Source of the DNA: Nemertoderma westbladi
Lineage: Eukaryota > Animalia > Xenacoelomorpha
Direction: 5' to 3'
Assembly: GCA_032718475.1 (NCBI GenBank)
Contig: JAUCBJ010007033.1
Coordinates: 1 to 34,851, forward strand
Length of the DNA: 34,851 bases
The position numbers were made by a program, and so were the translations under genes. Below, piece by piece: positions 23,885 to 34,851 of the stretch; position 1 is the stretch's first letter, and each line of letters opens with the position of its first letter. The notes beneath the pieces are model-generated. The model did no database searches, was not told the origin of the DNA, and worked only from the letters and a program-made list of their open reading frames with translations.

Positions 23885-24790
23885 GTTGATAGTAAGTTAT
23901 ATTTTGCAAATCACATTGATTTAATAACTAAAAAGTGCTATAAAGTAATTAATTGTTTATTTAGGTGTTTTTCTACTAACGACTGTGAAGCTATTTTATT
24001 TGCCTATAAAGTGTATGCAAGGCCGATTTTAGAATATGGTAGTGCAATATGGAACCCTTTTTGTAATTCAAAACCTTTTCTTGGCCTAACAGACAAGCTT
24101 GAGTCGGTCCAAAGATATTTTACCCGTAGGTTATTCCACCGGTGCTATTTAGATACTGATGCTTGTTACCTAAGAAGGCTAAAAATTTTGAAATTACAAT
24201 CACTAGAACTTAGACGAGTTCATATTGACCTAATTACTGTTTTTAAAATACTCAACGGTTTTATTTCATTAGAATCTAATAATTTATTTGTAAATGTAAA
24301 CTCATCTTCAATAAGACTGAGGGGGCACCCTTACAAATTGCAGCAAGGACATTGCAGAACTGTTGCGGTGCAGAACTCATTTACAAATCGTGTTGTGCCT
24401 GTTTGGAACAATCTACCTTTCGTTGCAGTGACTGCCCCCTCAGTTGAATTGTTCAAACGCCATATTTATGTGTGCGATTTTAATAATTGGATTAAATTTG
24501 ACCGCAATTTGTAACTATGCCAATTTCTAATTATTTTCTATTTTTCATATCATTAGTTCTATCTGAGTTCAACTCTTTTTAGCGACCTACACTTTTATTT
24601 TAACATGTAATAATATTTTAGCGTATTTTAATTTCGTTTTTAATCTTATTTTAATATGGTGCCATAGTATAAGTCGTTTTGTTTTATTCTCTGTTCAACT
24701 TTCTCCTGTTTTATTTTATTATGTGCAGTTTTATTTGTACGCTTCTATGACAGCGGTGTCTCCACCCAAATAATATAATAATAATAATAA
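23885..24790 (+). mobile_element. 5'-truncated CR1-clade LINE (ORF2 C-terminus 23885-24514, 3' UTR, ATA tail)
   Basis: Open frame VDSKLYFANHID...YKVYARPILEYGSAIWNP...LESVQRYFTR...LELRR..DL...LRGH.YKL...FTNRVVPVWNNLP. The 3' boundary is placed at the (ATA)n run and is approximate. Confidence 0.88.
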
Positions 24791-25118
24791 CCCCAGCCCT
24801 TCCCTTTCCAGTACAAATTACATGTCTTTCAATAATTTGAACCCTATGGAGCAGGGTGAGGGTGGCACCTTTTAGGGACTTGTATACCGGTACTGTACCG
24901 GTAGCTTTGTATCCAGGAAGGTGGGGTCTGCCAGGTAGGCCTACTGCTGACACTGTTGTATCAGGCTGCAGGGCTGTACTGCTGTACTTCAGTACTTGTC
25001 TGTAAGATTTAGTGTGACGATCTACGGTACAGATCTACAGCATTTCTGTCGTGACTCGTCAGCTCGTGACCGTCACGTCATGTAATGCTGAGGCTGACAC
25101 TTATACTGCTGTACTGAC

Positions 25119-25685
25119 ATGGAGGACGATACTGACATGGAGGACGATGCGATTGTTCAAGATGCCTTGCAAGTAATCTTCGGATTGGGCGGCGAAACGG
25201 CCCATAAGCGATTGGAATTTGAGTTGCCCCCCAACCGACCGGATTCCCCGTCTACCGGCACCCCCGGGGAGGATGTGTTGCCTCGGTTCTGCTCGGCGAA
25301 AGAAAACAATAATGATGAAACCAAAGCAACGGACCCCGGGTCAGTAAAATGTTGTCCCCCACAGGAGGTCTCCGCTACGACTACGATAAGCTGTCGTCCC
25401 CCTATCGAACTTCCCCCCTCTAGTAAACTCTCTATATCCTTACACAACGTCGTCTCCACATTCAGCTGCCGTTGCCACCTCAACCTGCGTCGCATAGCGA
25501 CCGAGGCCACCAACGTGGAGTACCGCCCCGAGATGGGTCGTGTAATAATGCGTCTCAAACAGCCGAGAACTACGGCGCATTTAGTGAGTTCCGGGAAGAT
25601 CACTTGTACCGGGGCCGTATCGGAAGATGGTGCTAGGCGAGGGGCCCGGAAAGTCGCCGTTCTTCTAAAACGGTTGGGCTTCAAG
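25119..25685 (+). CDS. TBPL1: TBP-like factor (TRF2/TLF), coding exon 1
   Basis: ISLHNVVSTFSCRCHLNLRRIA..NVEY...VIMRLKQPRTTA..SSGKITCTGA.SE..ARR.ARK.A..LKRLGFK (first TBP repeat, TRF2 type); donor AAG|gtaagt, phase 0. Confidence 0.93.
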
Positions 25686-26009
25686 GTAAGTCTATCCTCC
25701 ACATCTGACCTCCATCTGTCCGAAGTGTCAGATCATATGGCAGCCATATTACTGTATTACAGTATTATGGCTGTATGGCACTTACTGGATTAGGCCTATC
25801 TGATTATCAGATTCATTTATTATAGGAAGGGATCTAGGGGTCTTAACCTCGAATGATAAGTTCATTTTACCTAAAATAACTTATCTTTCAGTCTTTTATT
25901 GGCGCAATTGTAGGACTAATCCCATCACATGCGTACTTTTTAACCGGGAAGTGTACAAATTTAGGAATCGCGTAATTTATCTTGAAATTAATATCTCATA
26001 TCTCTCCAA

Positions 26010-26052
26010 ACCACGTACGCGTTTCGACCTTACTGGGTCTCATCAGCGTGGT
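26010..26052 (-). ncRNA. Minimal type-I hammerhead ribozyme (minus-strand copy)
   Basis: Exact reverse complement of 26470-26512. Its upstream B box is mutated (GGTTCTAATCC); the A box at 26098-26108 is intact. Confidence 0.85.
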
Positions 26053-26413
26053 GTCGGATTAGAACCTGGGACCTCGATGTGGAAGCCGAGACTACAACCA
26101 CTAGGCCACAGGTTCTTGAGATATGGAGTATTAATTTCAAAGCCAGCTGACATTTTATTAGCCCCTGATTTTTTATTATTGATAGTAACAATGTGTTGGC
26201 AAGCTGTATTTTTCGAAGATAAGTTATTTTCGGTAAAATGAACTTATCATTCGAGGTTAAGACCCCTAGATCCCTTCCTATAATAAATGTATAATAACAA
26301 ACACCTCGAAAAATACAGCTTGCCAACACATTGTTACTATCAATAATAAAAAATCAGGGGCTAATAAAATGGCAGCTGGCTTTGAAATTAATACTCCATA
26401 TCTCAAGAACCTG

Positions 26414-26466
26414 TGGCCTAGTGGTTGTAGTCTCGGCTTCCACCTCGAGGTCCCAGGTTCGAATCC
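26414..26466 (+). promoter_or_regulatory. tRNA-like internal Pol III promoter (A box and B box)
   Basis: A box TGGCCTAGTGG at 26414-26424 and B box GGTTCGAATCC at 26456-26466, with tRNA-like spacing. There is no 3' acceptor strand, so this is not a tRNA gene. Confidence 0.8.
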
Positions 26467-26469
26467 GAC

Positions 26470-26512
26470 ACCACGCTGATGAGACCCAGTAAGGTCGAAA
26501 CGCGTACGTGGT
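26470..26512 (+). ncRNA. Minimal type-I hammerhead ribozyme
   Basis: Stem I ACCACG/CGTGGT; core CTGATGA (26476-26482); stem II GACC-cagtaa-GGTC; GAAA (26497-26500); palindromic mini stem III ACGCGT; cleavage triplet GUA, cut predicted after 26506. Confidence 0.88.
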
Positions 26513-27210
26513 TTGGAGAGATATGAGATATTAATTTCAAGATAAATTACGCGATTCCGAAATTTGTACACTTCCCGGTTAAAAAGTACGCATGTGATGG
26601 GATTAGTCCTACAATTGTGCCAATAAAAGATAAGTTATTTTCGGTAAAATAAACTTCAGAACTTATCATTCGAGGTAAAGACCCCTAGATCCCTTCCTAT
26701 AATAAATGTATAATAACAAACACCTCGAAAAATACAGCTTGCCAACACATTGTTACTATCAGATTCATGGCACAGTCTGACAGTTTAAACTCACCCCTGC
26801 ATTTCTCGATTTTCACTCTGTGCAAATTCATCCCCGGTTAAATTTCCTTACCGGTAGTATATTCTCACTCCCTGTGTATTTTTTTGTATCTTCTACAGTA
26901 TATACTTATACAAATCTCAAGCATGTGTTTGTCTGGGTGCTAGAGGTATCTGTGGTCTTAACTGTATTGGATTAACTTAACTTATATCGAATTTAGTTAA
27001 TATTGAAATTAAAATATCATGGGGGTGAGAATACACCGAGGGGGGTTAAATTTCACTAAAAAATCACCCAGAGTAGTTTCACCCCCGGTTAAAATGCCCT
27101 AGTGAATTTTAAGGGGGTGGAAATTATCTGTTACACCTACACCGGCCCCAGGGGCATATAATATATGCTTTATTTATTTGCTTTATTTCTTTTTTTATTT
27201 ACTTTTTAAG

Positions 27211-27516
27211 ATCCGCTTTATCAATTATCGCGTTGTTAACGTTCTCGCGAGCGTCGCCATGCCTTTTGGCGTGAAACTCGCTCCGTTCACCACCGCCAAT
27301 CGCACCATCGCGCGGTACGAGCCGGAACTCCATCCCGGGGTCACAGTCACTCTCAAACAGCCGGACTGCCGCGCAACACTCAAGGTCTTCTCTACCGGAA
27401 GTGTGACAGTGACGTCACGTCGTGTGAGTGACATCGGAGTCGCGGTCGAGAGAGTCTACCCGTTACTGGCGTTACATCGGAGAGACAAACAGTTGGAATC
27501 TAATTTGGATAGATAA
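27211..27516 (+). CDS. TBPL1: TBP-like factor (TRF2/TLF), coding exon 2 (last)
   Basis: tttttaag|ATC CGC gives IRFINYRVVNVLASVAMPFGVKL...YEPELHPGVT...ATLKVFSTGSVTVT. VVNVLA, YEPELHP and FSTGS distinguish TRF2 from TBP. Total length 290 aa. Confidence 0.93.
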   Translation: MRFINYRVVNVLASVAMPFGVKLAPFTTANRTIARYEPELHPGVTVTLKQPDCRATLKVFSTGSVTVTSRRVSDIGVAVERVYPLLALHRRDKQLESNLDR

Positions 27517-27521
27517 GGGCC

Positions 27522-30290
27522 GTGTCTGTATGTTTGTGTGTCTGTATGTTTGTGTGTCTGTTTGTTTGTGTGACTGAATGTTTGTTTTTGTCACTGGATG
27601 TTTGTTTTTGTGACTGAATGTTTGTTTTTGTGACTGAATGTTTGTTTTTGTGACTGAATGTTTGTTTTTGTGACTGAATGTTTGTTTGTGTGTCTGAATG
27701 TTTGTTTGTGTGTCTGAATGTTTGTTTTTGTGACTGAATGTTTGTTTTTGTGACTGAATGTTTGTTTGTGTGTCTGAATGTTTGTTTTTGTGACTGAATG
27801 TTTGTTTTTGTGACTGAATGTTTGTTTTTGTGACTGAATGTTTGTTTGAGTGACTGAATGTTTCTTTATTTGTTTGTGTAGGCGTATCGGTCTGTTTAAG
27901 TGCTCGAATTATTGTGTGTCTGTATGTTTGTTTGTGTGTCTGTGTGTTTGTTTACTTGTTTGTATGTCTGTAAGTTTGTTTGTGAGTCTGTGTGTTTGTT
28001 TACTTGTTTGTATGTCTGTAAGTTTGTTTGTGTGTCTGTATGTTTGTTTGTGTGTCTGTATGTTTGTGTGTGTGTGTCTGTCTGTTTAAGTGCTCGAATT
28101 ATTGTGTGTCTGTATGGTTGTATGTTTGTTTGTGTGTCTGTATGTTTGTTTGTGTGTCTGTATGTTTGATTGTGTGACTGAATGTTTGTTTTGTGTGTCT
28201 GTATGTTTGTTTGTGTGTCTGTATGTTTGTTTGTGTGTATTTATGTGTGTCTGTATGTGTGTTTGTGTGTCTGAATGTTTGTTTGTGTGTCTGTATGTTT
28301 GTTTGTGTGTCTGTATGTTTGCTTGTGTGTCTGTATGTTTGCTTGTGTGTCTGAATGTTTGTTTGTGTGTATGTATGTGTGTTTGTGTGTCTGTATGTGT
28401 GTTTGTGTTTCTGAATGTTTGCTTGTGTGTCTGTATGTTTGCTTGTGTGTCTGTATGTTTGTTTGTGTGTCTGTATGTGTGTTTGTGTGTCTGAATGTTT
28501 GTTTGTGTGTCTGTATGTTTGTTTGTGTGTCTGTATGTTTGTTTGTGTGTATGTATGTGTGTTTGTGTGTCTGTATGTGTGTTTGTGTTTCTGAATGTTT
28601 GTTTGTATGTCTGTATGTTTGTTTGTGTGTCTGTATGTTTGCTTGTGTGTCTGTATGTTTGCTTGTGTGTCTGAATGTTTGTTTGTGTTGTGTGTCTGAA
28701 TGTTTGTTTGTGTGTCTGTATGTTTGTTTGTGTGTCTGTATGTTTGCTTGTGTGTCTGTATGTTTGCTTGTGTGTCTGTATGTTTGTTTGTGTGTCTGAA
28801 TGTTTGTTTGTGTGTCTGTATGTTTGTTTGTGTGTCTGTATGTTTGCTTGTGTGTCTGTATGTTTGCTTGTGTGTCTGTATGTGTGTTTGTGTGTCTGAA
28901 TGTTTGTTTGTGTGTCTGTATGTTTGTTTGTGTGTCTGTATGTTTGCTTGTGTGTCTGTATGTTTGCTTGTGTGTCTGTATGTTTGTTTGTGTGTCTGAA
29001 TGTTTGTTTGTGTGTCTGTATGTTTGTTTGTGTGTCTGTATGTTTGCTTGTGTGTCTGTATGTTTGCTTGTGTGTCTGTATGTTTGTTTGTGTGTCTGAA
29101 TGTTTGTTTGTGTGTCTGTATGTTTGCTTGTGTGTCTGTATGTTTGCTTGTGTGTCTGAATGTTTGTTTGTGTGTCTGAATGTTTGTTTGTGTGTCTGTA
29201 TGTTTGTTTGTGTGTCTGTATGTTTGTTTGTGTGTCTGTATGTTTGTTTGTGTGTCTGAATGTTTGTTTGTGTGTCTGTATGTTTGTTTGTGTGTCTGTA
29301 TGTTTGTTTGTGTGTCTGAATGTTTGTTTGTGTGTCTGTATGTTTGTTTGTGTGTCTGTATGTTTGTTTGAGTGACTGAATGTTTGTTTGTGTGTCTGTA
29401 TGTTTGTTTGTGTGTCTGTATGTTTGTTTGTGTGTCTGAATGTTTGTTTGTGTGTCTGAATGTTTGTTTGTGTGTCTGTATGTTTGTTTGTGTGTCTGTA
29501 TGTTTGTTTGTATGTCTGAATGTTTGTTTGTGTGTCTGTATGTTTGTTTGTGTGTATGTATGTGTGTTTGTGTATCTGTATGTTTGTTTGTGTGTCTGAA
29601 TGTTTGTTTGTGTGTCTGTATGTTTGTTTGTGTGTCTGTATGTTTGTTTGAGTGACTGAATGTTTGTTTGTGTGTCTGTATGTTTGTTTGTGTGTCTGTA
29701 TGTTTGTTTGAGTGACTGAATGTTTGTTTGTGTGTCTGTATGTTTGTTTGTGTGTCTGTATGTTTGTTTGTGTGTCTGAATGTTTGTTTGTGTGTCTGAA
29801 TGTTTGTTTGTGTGTCTGTATGTTTGTTTGTGTGTATGTATGTGTGTTTGTGTATCTGTATGTTTGTTTGTGTGTCTGAATGTTTGTTTGTGTGTCTGTA
29901 TGTTTGTTTGTGTGTCTGTATGTTTTTTCGAGTGACTGAATGTTTGTTTGTGTGTCTGAATGTTTGTTTGTGTGTCTGAATGTTTGTTTGTGTGTCTGAA
30001 TGTTTGTTTGTGTGTCTGAATGTTTGTTTGTGTGTCTGAATGTTTGTTTGTGTGTCTGAATGTTTGTTTGTGTGTGTGTGTGTGTGTCTGTATGTTTGTT
30101 TGAGTGACTGAATGTTTGTTTGAGTGTCTGAATGTTTGTTTGTGTGTCTGTATGTTTGCTTGTGTGTCTGTATGTTTGTTTGTGTGTCTGTATGTTTGTT
30201 TGTGTCTGAATGTTTGTTTACTTGTTTGTGTGTCTGTATGTTTGTTTGTGTGTCTGTATGTTTGTTTGTTTGTCTTTATCTCTGTCTGTG
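27522..30290 (+). repeat. 20-bp GT-rich minisatellite (TGTTTGTTTGTGTGTCTGWA), about 135 units, starting ~5 bp after the TBPL1 stop
   Basis: Visible array. The first downstream AATAAA is at 30339-30344. Confidence 0.97.
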
Positions 30291-31547
30291 TGTTCGTATA
30301 CTTATTTGTTTTGTTATATAGAATCCCGAATGCAGGATAATAAATAAAATAAGAAACTTCATTTGAATAAATTCGATGCCACTTTCTGTATATTTATTTG
30401 ATAACCTATTAAAGCGAAATGTTAACTTCATATCTACCCGTATTGTAGTTTCTTTATATATTTACAGAGTAACTTTCTTTTTTATCTGGGTGGTTAAATG
30501 TTGAGTTCGGGGTAGAATTTAACAAACTGTAAATAGAAGGAGAGAGAAGGTTGTATTAATTCAATATGGAGTCCAGGGAGTTTTATTCGAATTACTTATT
30601 GTTGAGTATCGGATCGGTTGGCTGATCGCGTAATGTGCAGGTGATGCGTTCACCAAGCGGTAGGAGGCGTTACAAAGAAACAAATACCGATAATATAAAA
30701 CGGTCTCAGTCACACTGTGTTAGATTTAACAAGGTCCGCGCATTTTTTGCTCAATATTTCAGACCCACAGACTTTGAGATACTTTGTGCAAAGCAAAATT
30801 GTATTGACTAAAATTTGTCTTTGTTATAAATCATCATAGCGGGATGTTGCTGAACGTAATATTGCTCTTTATATTCTAGCAGGCGGTGCATGGCGGTGGT
30901 AAAAATACTTGTGTTAAGCCGGCACAGCATCTCAATGTGCAGTTCCAATGCTGCAGGCCAATTACCAGTGTAAAATTCGCTTAAAAATCCCAATAGATTA
31001 CCACTCCCGATTCACAATAGATAATGAGGCGTTTTGACCCACCCTTTGTCGCATCTGAAATACTTGCGATAAAACGCATTAATATCGCTTGCAGAAGTGT
31101 GCGATTAATCGCATTCATTACACATGCGACCCCTTTGCGATACATATTGTATTATGTGATACTGTGAAAAATCACAATATTATAATTTGGGATGATGAAT
31201 AGCAGTTAATAAAGAATACTTGCGATAAATATGTGATAAAAATAATCGCAAAAATACTTACGATTATTTAATAAAAATTATGTAATTATGTAAAAATGAT
31301 GGTAAGATTGTTGGTGGATGTAGTAATGGTATGTTGTGTGACTGAATAAAATGAATGATACGTTATGTGAATAACTCGAAAACAAAAGTTTAGTTTTTAG
31401 TTTTTTGCATTTAGTTCAATAAAACATTCACATATTCCGACAGGGTATAGAACAAACAGGAAGGGGCTGGGGTGTGGGGGGGGGGGGTGGCTACTGAGAT
31501 GGCAATACAATGAACGAGAGTCAATAGTAAATAATCCATTTTTGCTT

Positions 31548-34032
31548 TCAATGAACTGATATTTGCTGCAATGAACTGATATTTGCTGCAATGAACTGAT
31601 ATTTGCTGCAATGAACTGATGTTTGCTGCAATGAACTGATATTTGCTGCAATGAACTGATATTTGCTGCAATGAACTGATATTTGCTGCAATGAACTGAT
31701 GTTTGCTGCAATGAACTGATATTTGCTGCAATGAACTGATATTTGCTGCAATGAACTGATGTTTGCTGCAATGAACTGATATTTGCTGCAATGAACTGAT
31801 ATTTGCTGCAATTAACTGATATTTGCTGCAATGAACTGATATTTGCTGCAATGAACTGATGTTTGCTGCAATGAACTGATATTTGCTGCAATGAACTGAT
31901 ATTTGCTGCAATTAACTGATATTTGCTGCAATGAACTGATATTTGCTGCAATGAACTGATATTTGCTGCAATGAACTGATGTTTGCTGCAATGAACTGAT
32001 ATTTGCTGCAATGAACTGATATTTGCTGCAATGAACTGATATTTGCTGCAATGAACTGATGTTTGCTGCAATGAACTGATATTTGCTGCAATGAACTGAT
32101 ATTTGCTGCAATGAACTGATATTTGCTGCAATGAACTGATATTTGCTGCAATTAACTGATGTTTGCTGCAATGAACTGATATTTGCTGCAATGAACTGAT
32201 ATTTGCTGCAATTAACTGATATTTGCTGCAATGAACTGATATTTGCTGCAATTAACTGATATTTGCTGCAATGAACTGATGGTTGCTGCAATGAACTGAT
32301 ATTTGCTGCAATGAACTGATATTTGCTGCAATGAACTGATATTTGCTGCAATGAATTGATGTTTGCTGCAATGAACTGATATTTGCTGCAATGAACTGAT
32401 ATTTGCTGCAATTAACTGATATTTGCTGCAATGAACTGATGGTTGCTGCAATGAACTGAAATTTGCTGCAATGAACTGATATTTGCTGCAATGAACTGAT
32501 ATTTGCTGCAATGAACTGATATTTGCTGCAATTAACTGATGTTTGCTGCAATGAACTGATATTTGCTGCAATGAACTGATATTTGCTGCAATTAACTGAT
32601 ATTTGCTGCAATGAACTGATATTTGCTGCAATTAACTGATATTTGCTGCAATGAACTGATGGTTGCTGCAATGAACTGATATTTGCTGCAATGAACTGAT
32701 ATTTGCTGCAGTGAACTGATATTTGCTGCAATGAATTGATGTTTGCTGCAATGAACTGATATTTGCTGCAATGAACTGATATTTGCTGCAATGAACTGAT
32801 ATTTGCTGCAATTAACTGATGTTTGCTGCAATGAACTGATATTTGCTGCAATGAACTGAAATTTGCTGCAATGAACTGATATTTGCTGCAATGAACTGAT
32901 ATTTGCTGCAATGAACTGATATTTGCTGCAATTAACTGATGTTTGCTGCAATGAACTGATATTTGCTGCAATGAACTGATATTTGCTGCAATGAACTGAA
33001 ATTTGCTGCAATGAACTGATATTTGCTGCAATGAACTGATATTTGCTGCAATGAACTGATATTTGCTGCAATTAACTGATGTTTGCTGCAATGAACTGAT
33101 ATTTGCTGCAATGAACTGATATTTGCTGCAATTAACTGATATTTGCTGCAATGAACTGATATTTGCTGCAATTAACTGATATTTGCTGCAATGAACTGAT
33201 GGTTGCTGCAATGAACTGATATTTGCTGCAATGAACTGATATTTGCTGCAATGAACTGATATTTGCTGCAATGAATTGATGTTTGCTGCAATGAACTGAT
33301 ATTTGCTGCAATGAACTGATATTTGCTGCAATTAACTGATATTTGCTGCAATGAACTGATGGTTGCTGCAATGAACTGAAATTTGCTGCAATGAACTGAT
33401 ATTTGCTGCAATGAACTGATATTTGCTGCAATGAACTGATATTTGCTGCAATTAACTGATGTTTGCTGCAATGAACTGATATTTGCTGCAATGAACTGAT
33501 ATTTGCTGCAATTAACTGATATTTGCTGCAATGAACTGATATTTGCTGCAATTAACTGATATTTGCTGCAATGAACTGATGGTTGCTGCAATGAACTGAT
33601 ATTTGCTGCAATGAACTGATATTTGCTACAATGAACTGATATTTGCTGCAATGAATTGATGTTTGCTGCAATGAACTGATATTTGCTGCAATGAACTGAT
33701 ATTTGCTGCAATTAACTGATATTTGCTGCAATGAACTGATGGTTGCTGCAATGAACTGATATTTGCTGCAATGAACTGATATTTGCTGCAATGAACTGAT
33801 ATTTGCTGCAATGAATTGATGTTTGCTGCAATGAACTGATATTTGCTGCAATGAACTGATATTTGCTGCAATTAACTGATATTTGCTGCAATGAACTGAT
33901 GGTTGCTACAATGAACTGATATTTGTTGCAATGAACTGATATTTGCTGCAATGAACTGATATTTGCTGCAATGAACTGATATTTGCTACAATGAACTTAT
34001 TTACTGCAATGAACTGATATTTGCTGCAATGA
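31548..34032 (+). repeat. 20-bp satellite ATTTGCTGCAATGAACTGAT, about 124 copies
   Basis: Highly homogeneous visible array with recurring single-base variants. Confidence 0.98.
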
Positions 34033-34851
34033 TTTTCCCCATTGAAATGACTATATTGCGTCAATAGTCCCAAGGATTCCGATATATGGTAGAATAAAAG
34101 TATTGGTCAAATTTTTTTTATATTGATTATTTCCAATTTTATTATCAAATTAATTAATTATTTTCCTATTTTTTTTTTAATTGCATTTTTCACATTTCGA
34201 AGCCAATAAAAACAGTTAGGATCAAAATTTTAAAAATCTGACCAATGCTTTTGAAGATACCAGGCATGTGGTTACGCTGCCCAAACTTCATGAAAAAATA
34301 TTAAAAATTGGCAGAGGGGTAGCATTTTAAATTTCGTTGAAATAAAAAATACCATTCCGATATAATTGCCTTAAAAATTTGAACCTTCCCGCGCAAAAAT
34401 TGTCTGTTGATATGTGAGAATGTCTGTCAATATATATATATCAACAAGAAAAGATAAAACCATTCTCAGAATTTTGCTATATGAGTTTTCCTGGTCACAG
34501 AATTTATTTCGAGTGTCAATTTTAACATTTGATGACTTCCAAATTGTATGTGTGGCTGTCAGACAAGGCCAAATTTGTTTAATGACATCAGAAATGAAGT
34601 CACCGACTTCACGAAAACCCATACAGGGAATGTTTTAAACAGATAGTATGTTTTTTATTGATGAACAGACTTTAATACGGACAGACACAGCCATATCTCG
34701 AGAAGTAAGACAGATCTTGCTAAACGGTTTTCAAATTTGGAACCTTGATAAAAATCTGTTCTAGGTGAAATAAAAAAAATTGTGCAAAAATTATTGAAGT
34801 AGCGCTACCTACCCCACCCCCCCCCCCCCCCCCCTTAAAATATAAGACAAT

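Larger units (their letters stand above)
25817..26756. mobile_element. Retrozyme/Penelope-like non-autonomous retroelement: ~411-bp monomer, one inverted copy plus ~1.3 forward copies, 12-bp TSD
   Basis: 25814-26217 is the reverse complement of the forward part. The forward part repeats at 26218 and 26629. TATCAGATTCAT lies at 25805-25816 and 26757-26768. Each full copy has a hammerhead motif. Confidence 0.8.

Noticed and set aside
26407-26480. Functional tRNA gene (possible TCC anticodon)
   Set aside because: No 3' acceptor-stem strand and weak D and T arms; the sequence continues into the hammerhead, so it is a tRNA-derived head only.
25951-26571. Two near-identical 96/97-aa ORFs on opposite strands
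   Set aside because: They are antisense readings of the inverted retrozyme monomer with GTG starts and no recognisable domain.
25157-27434. Minus-strand ORFs of 181 aa and 69 aa
   Set aside because: Antisense shadows of the GC-rich TBPL1 exons.
27850-30340. Cys/Val-rich ORFs
   Set aside because: Translations of the GT-rich repeat in several frames.
31397-33951. QQISVHCSKYQFIAANISSL repeat ORFs up to 359 aa
   Set aside because: The 20-bp unit lacks stops on the minus strand, so all frames give the same peptide; there is no evidence of coding.

Overview
AT-rich, intron-containing animal (invertebrate-like) genomic DNA. It carries three spliced host genes: the last three exons of a TRAF4-like gene (+), a complete four-exon PGRMC/MAPR gene (-, 186 aa) and a two-exon TBP-like factor TBPL1/TRF2 (+, 290 aa). 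The rest is mostly repeat: four large minisatellites, two tandem Helentron-associated (HINE/DINE-1-like) elements, several nested MITEs with identifiable target-site duplications, and truncated L2 and CR1 LINEs. Three observations stand out. (1) The TBPL1 intron holds a TSD-flanked retroelement with a ~411-bp monomer in which a tRNA-like Pol III head (A and B boxes) runs directly into a minimal type-I hammerhead ribozyme, arranged as an inverted plus partial-tandem repeat (retrozyme/Penelope-like). (2) Dense clusters of 8-bp insertions of the form 5-bp duplication + CAG/CTG occur between and near the 5' ends of the genes; they are shown to be insertions by paralogous copies within the window and match a resident MITE with CAG..CTG ends and a 5-bp TSD. 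(3) A 4-kb satellite is built from the TRAF exon's own splice acceptor. Most ORFs in the supplied track are repeat artefacts. All calls are from manual reading; no database searches were run.
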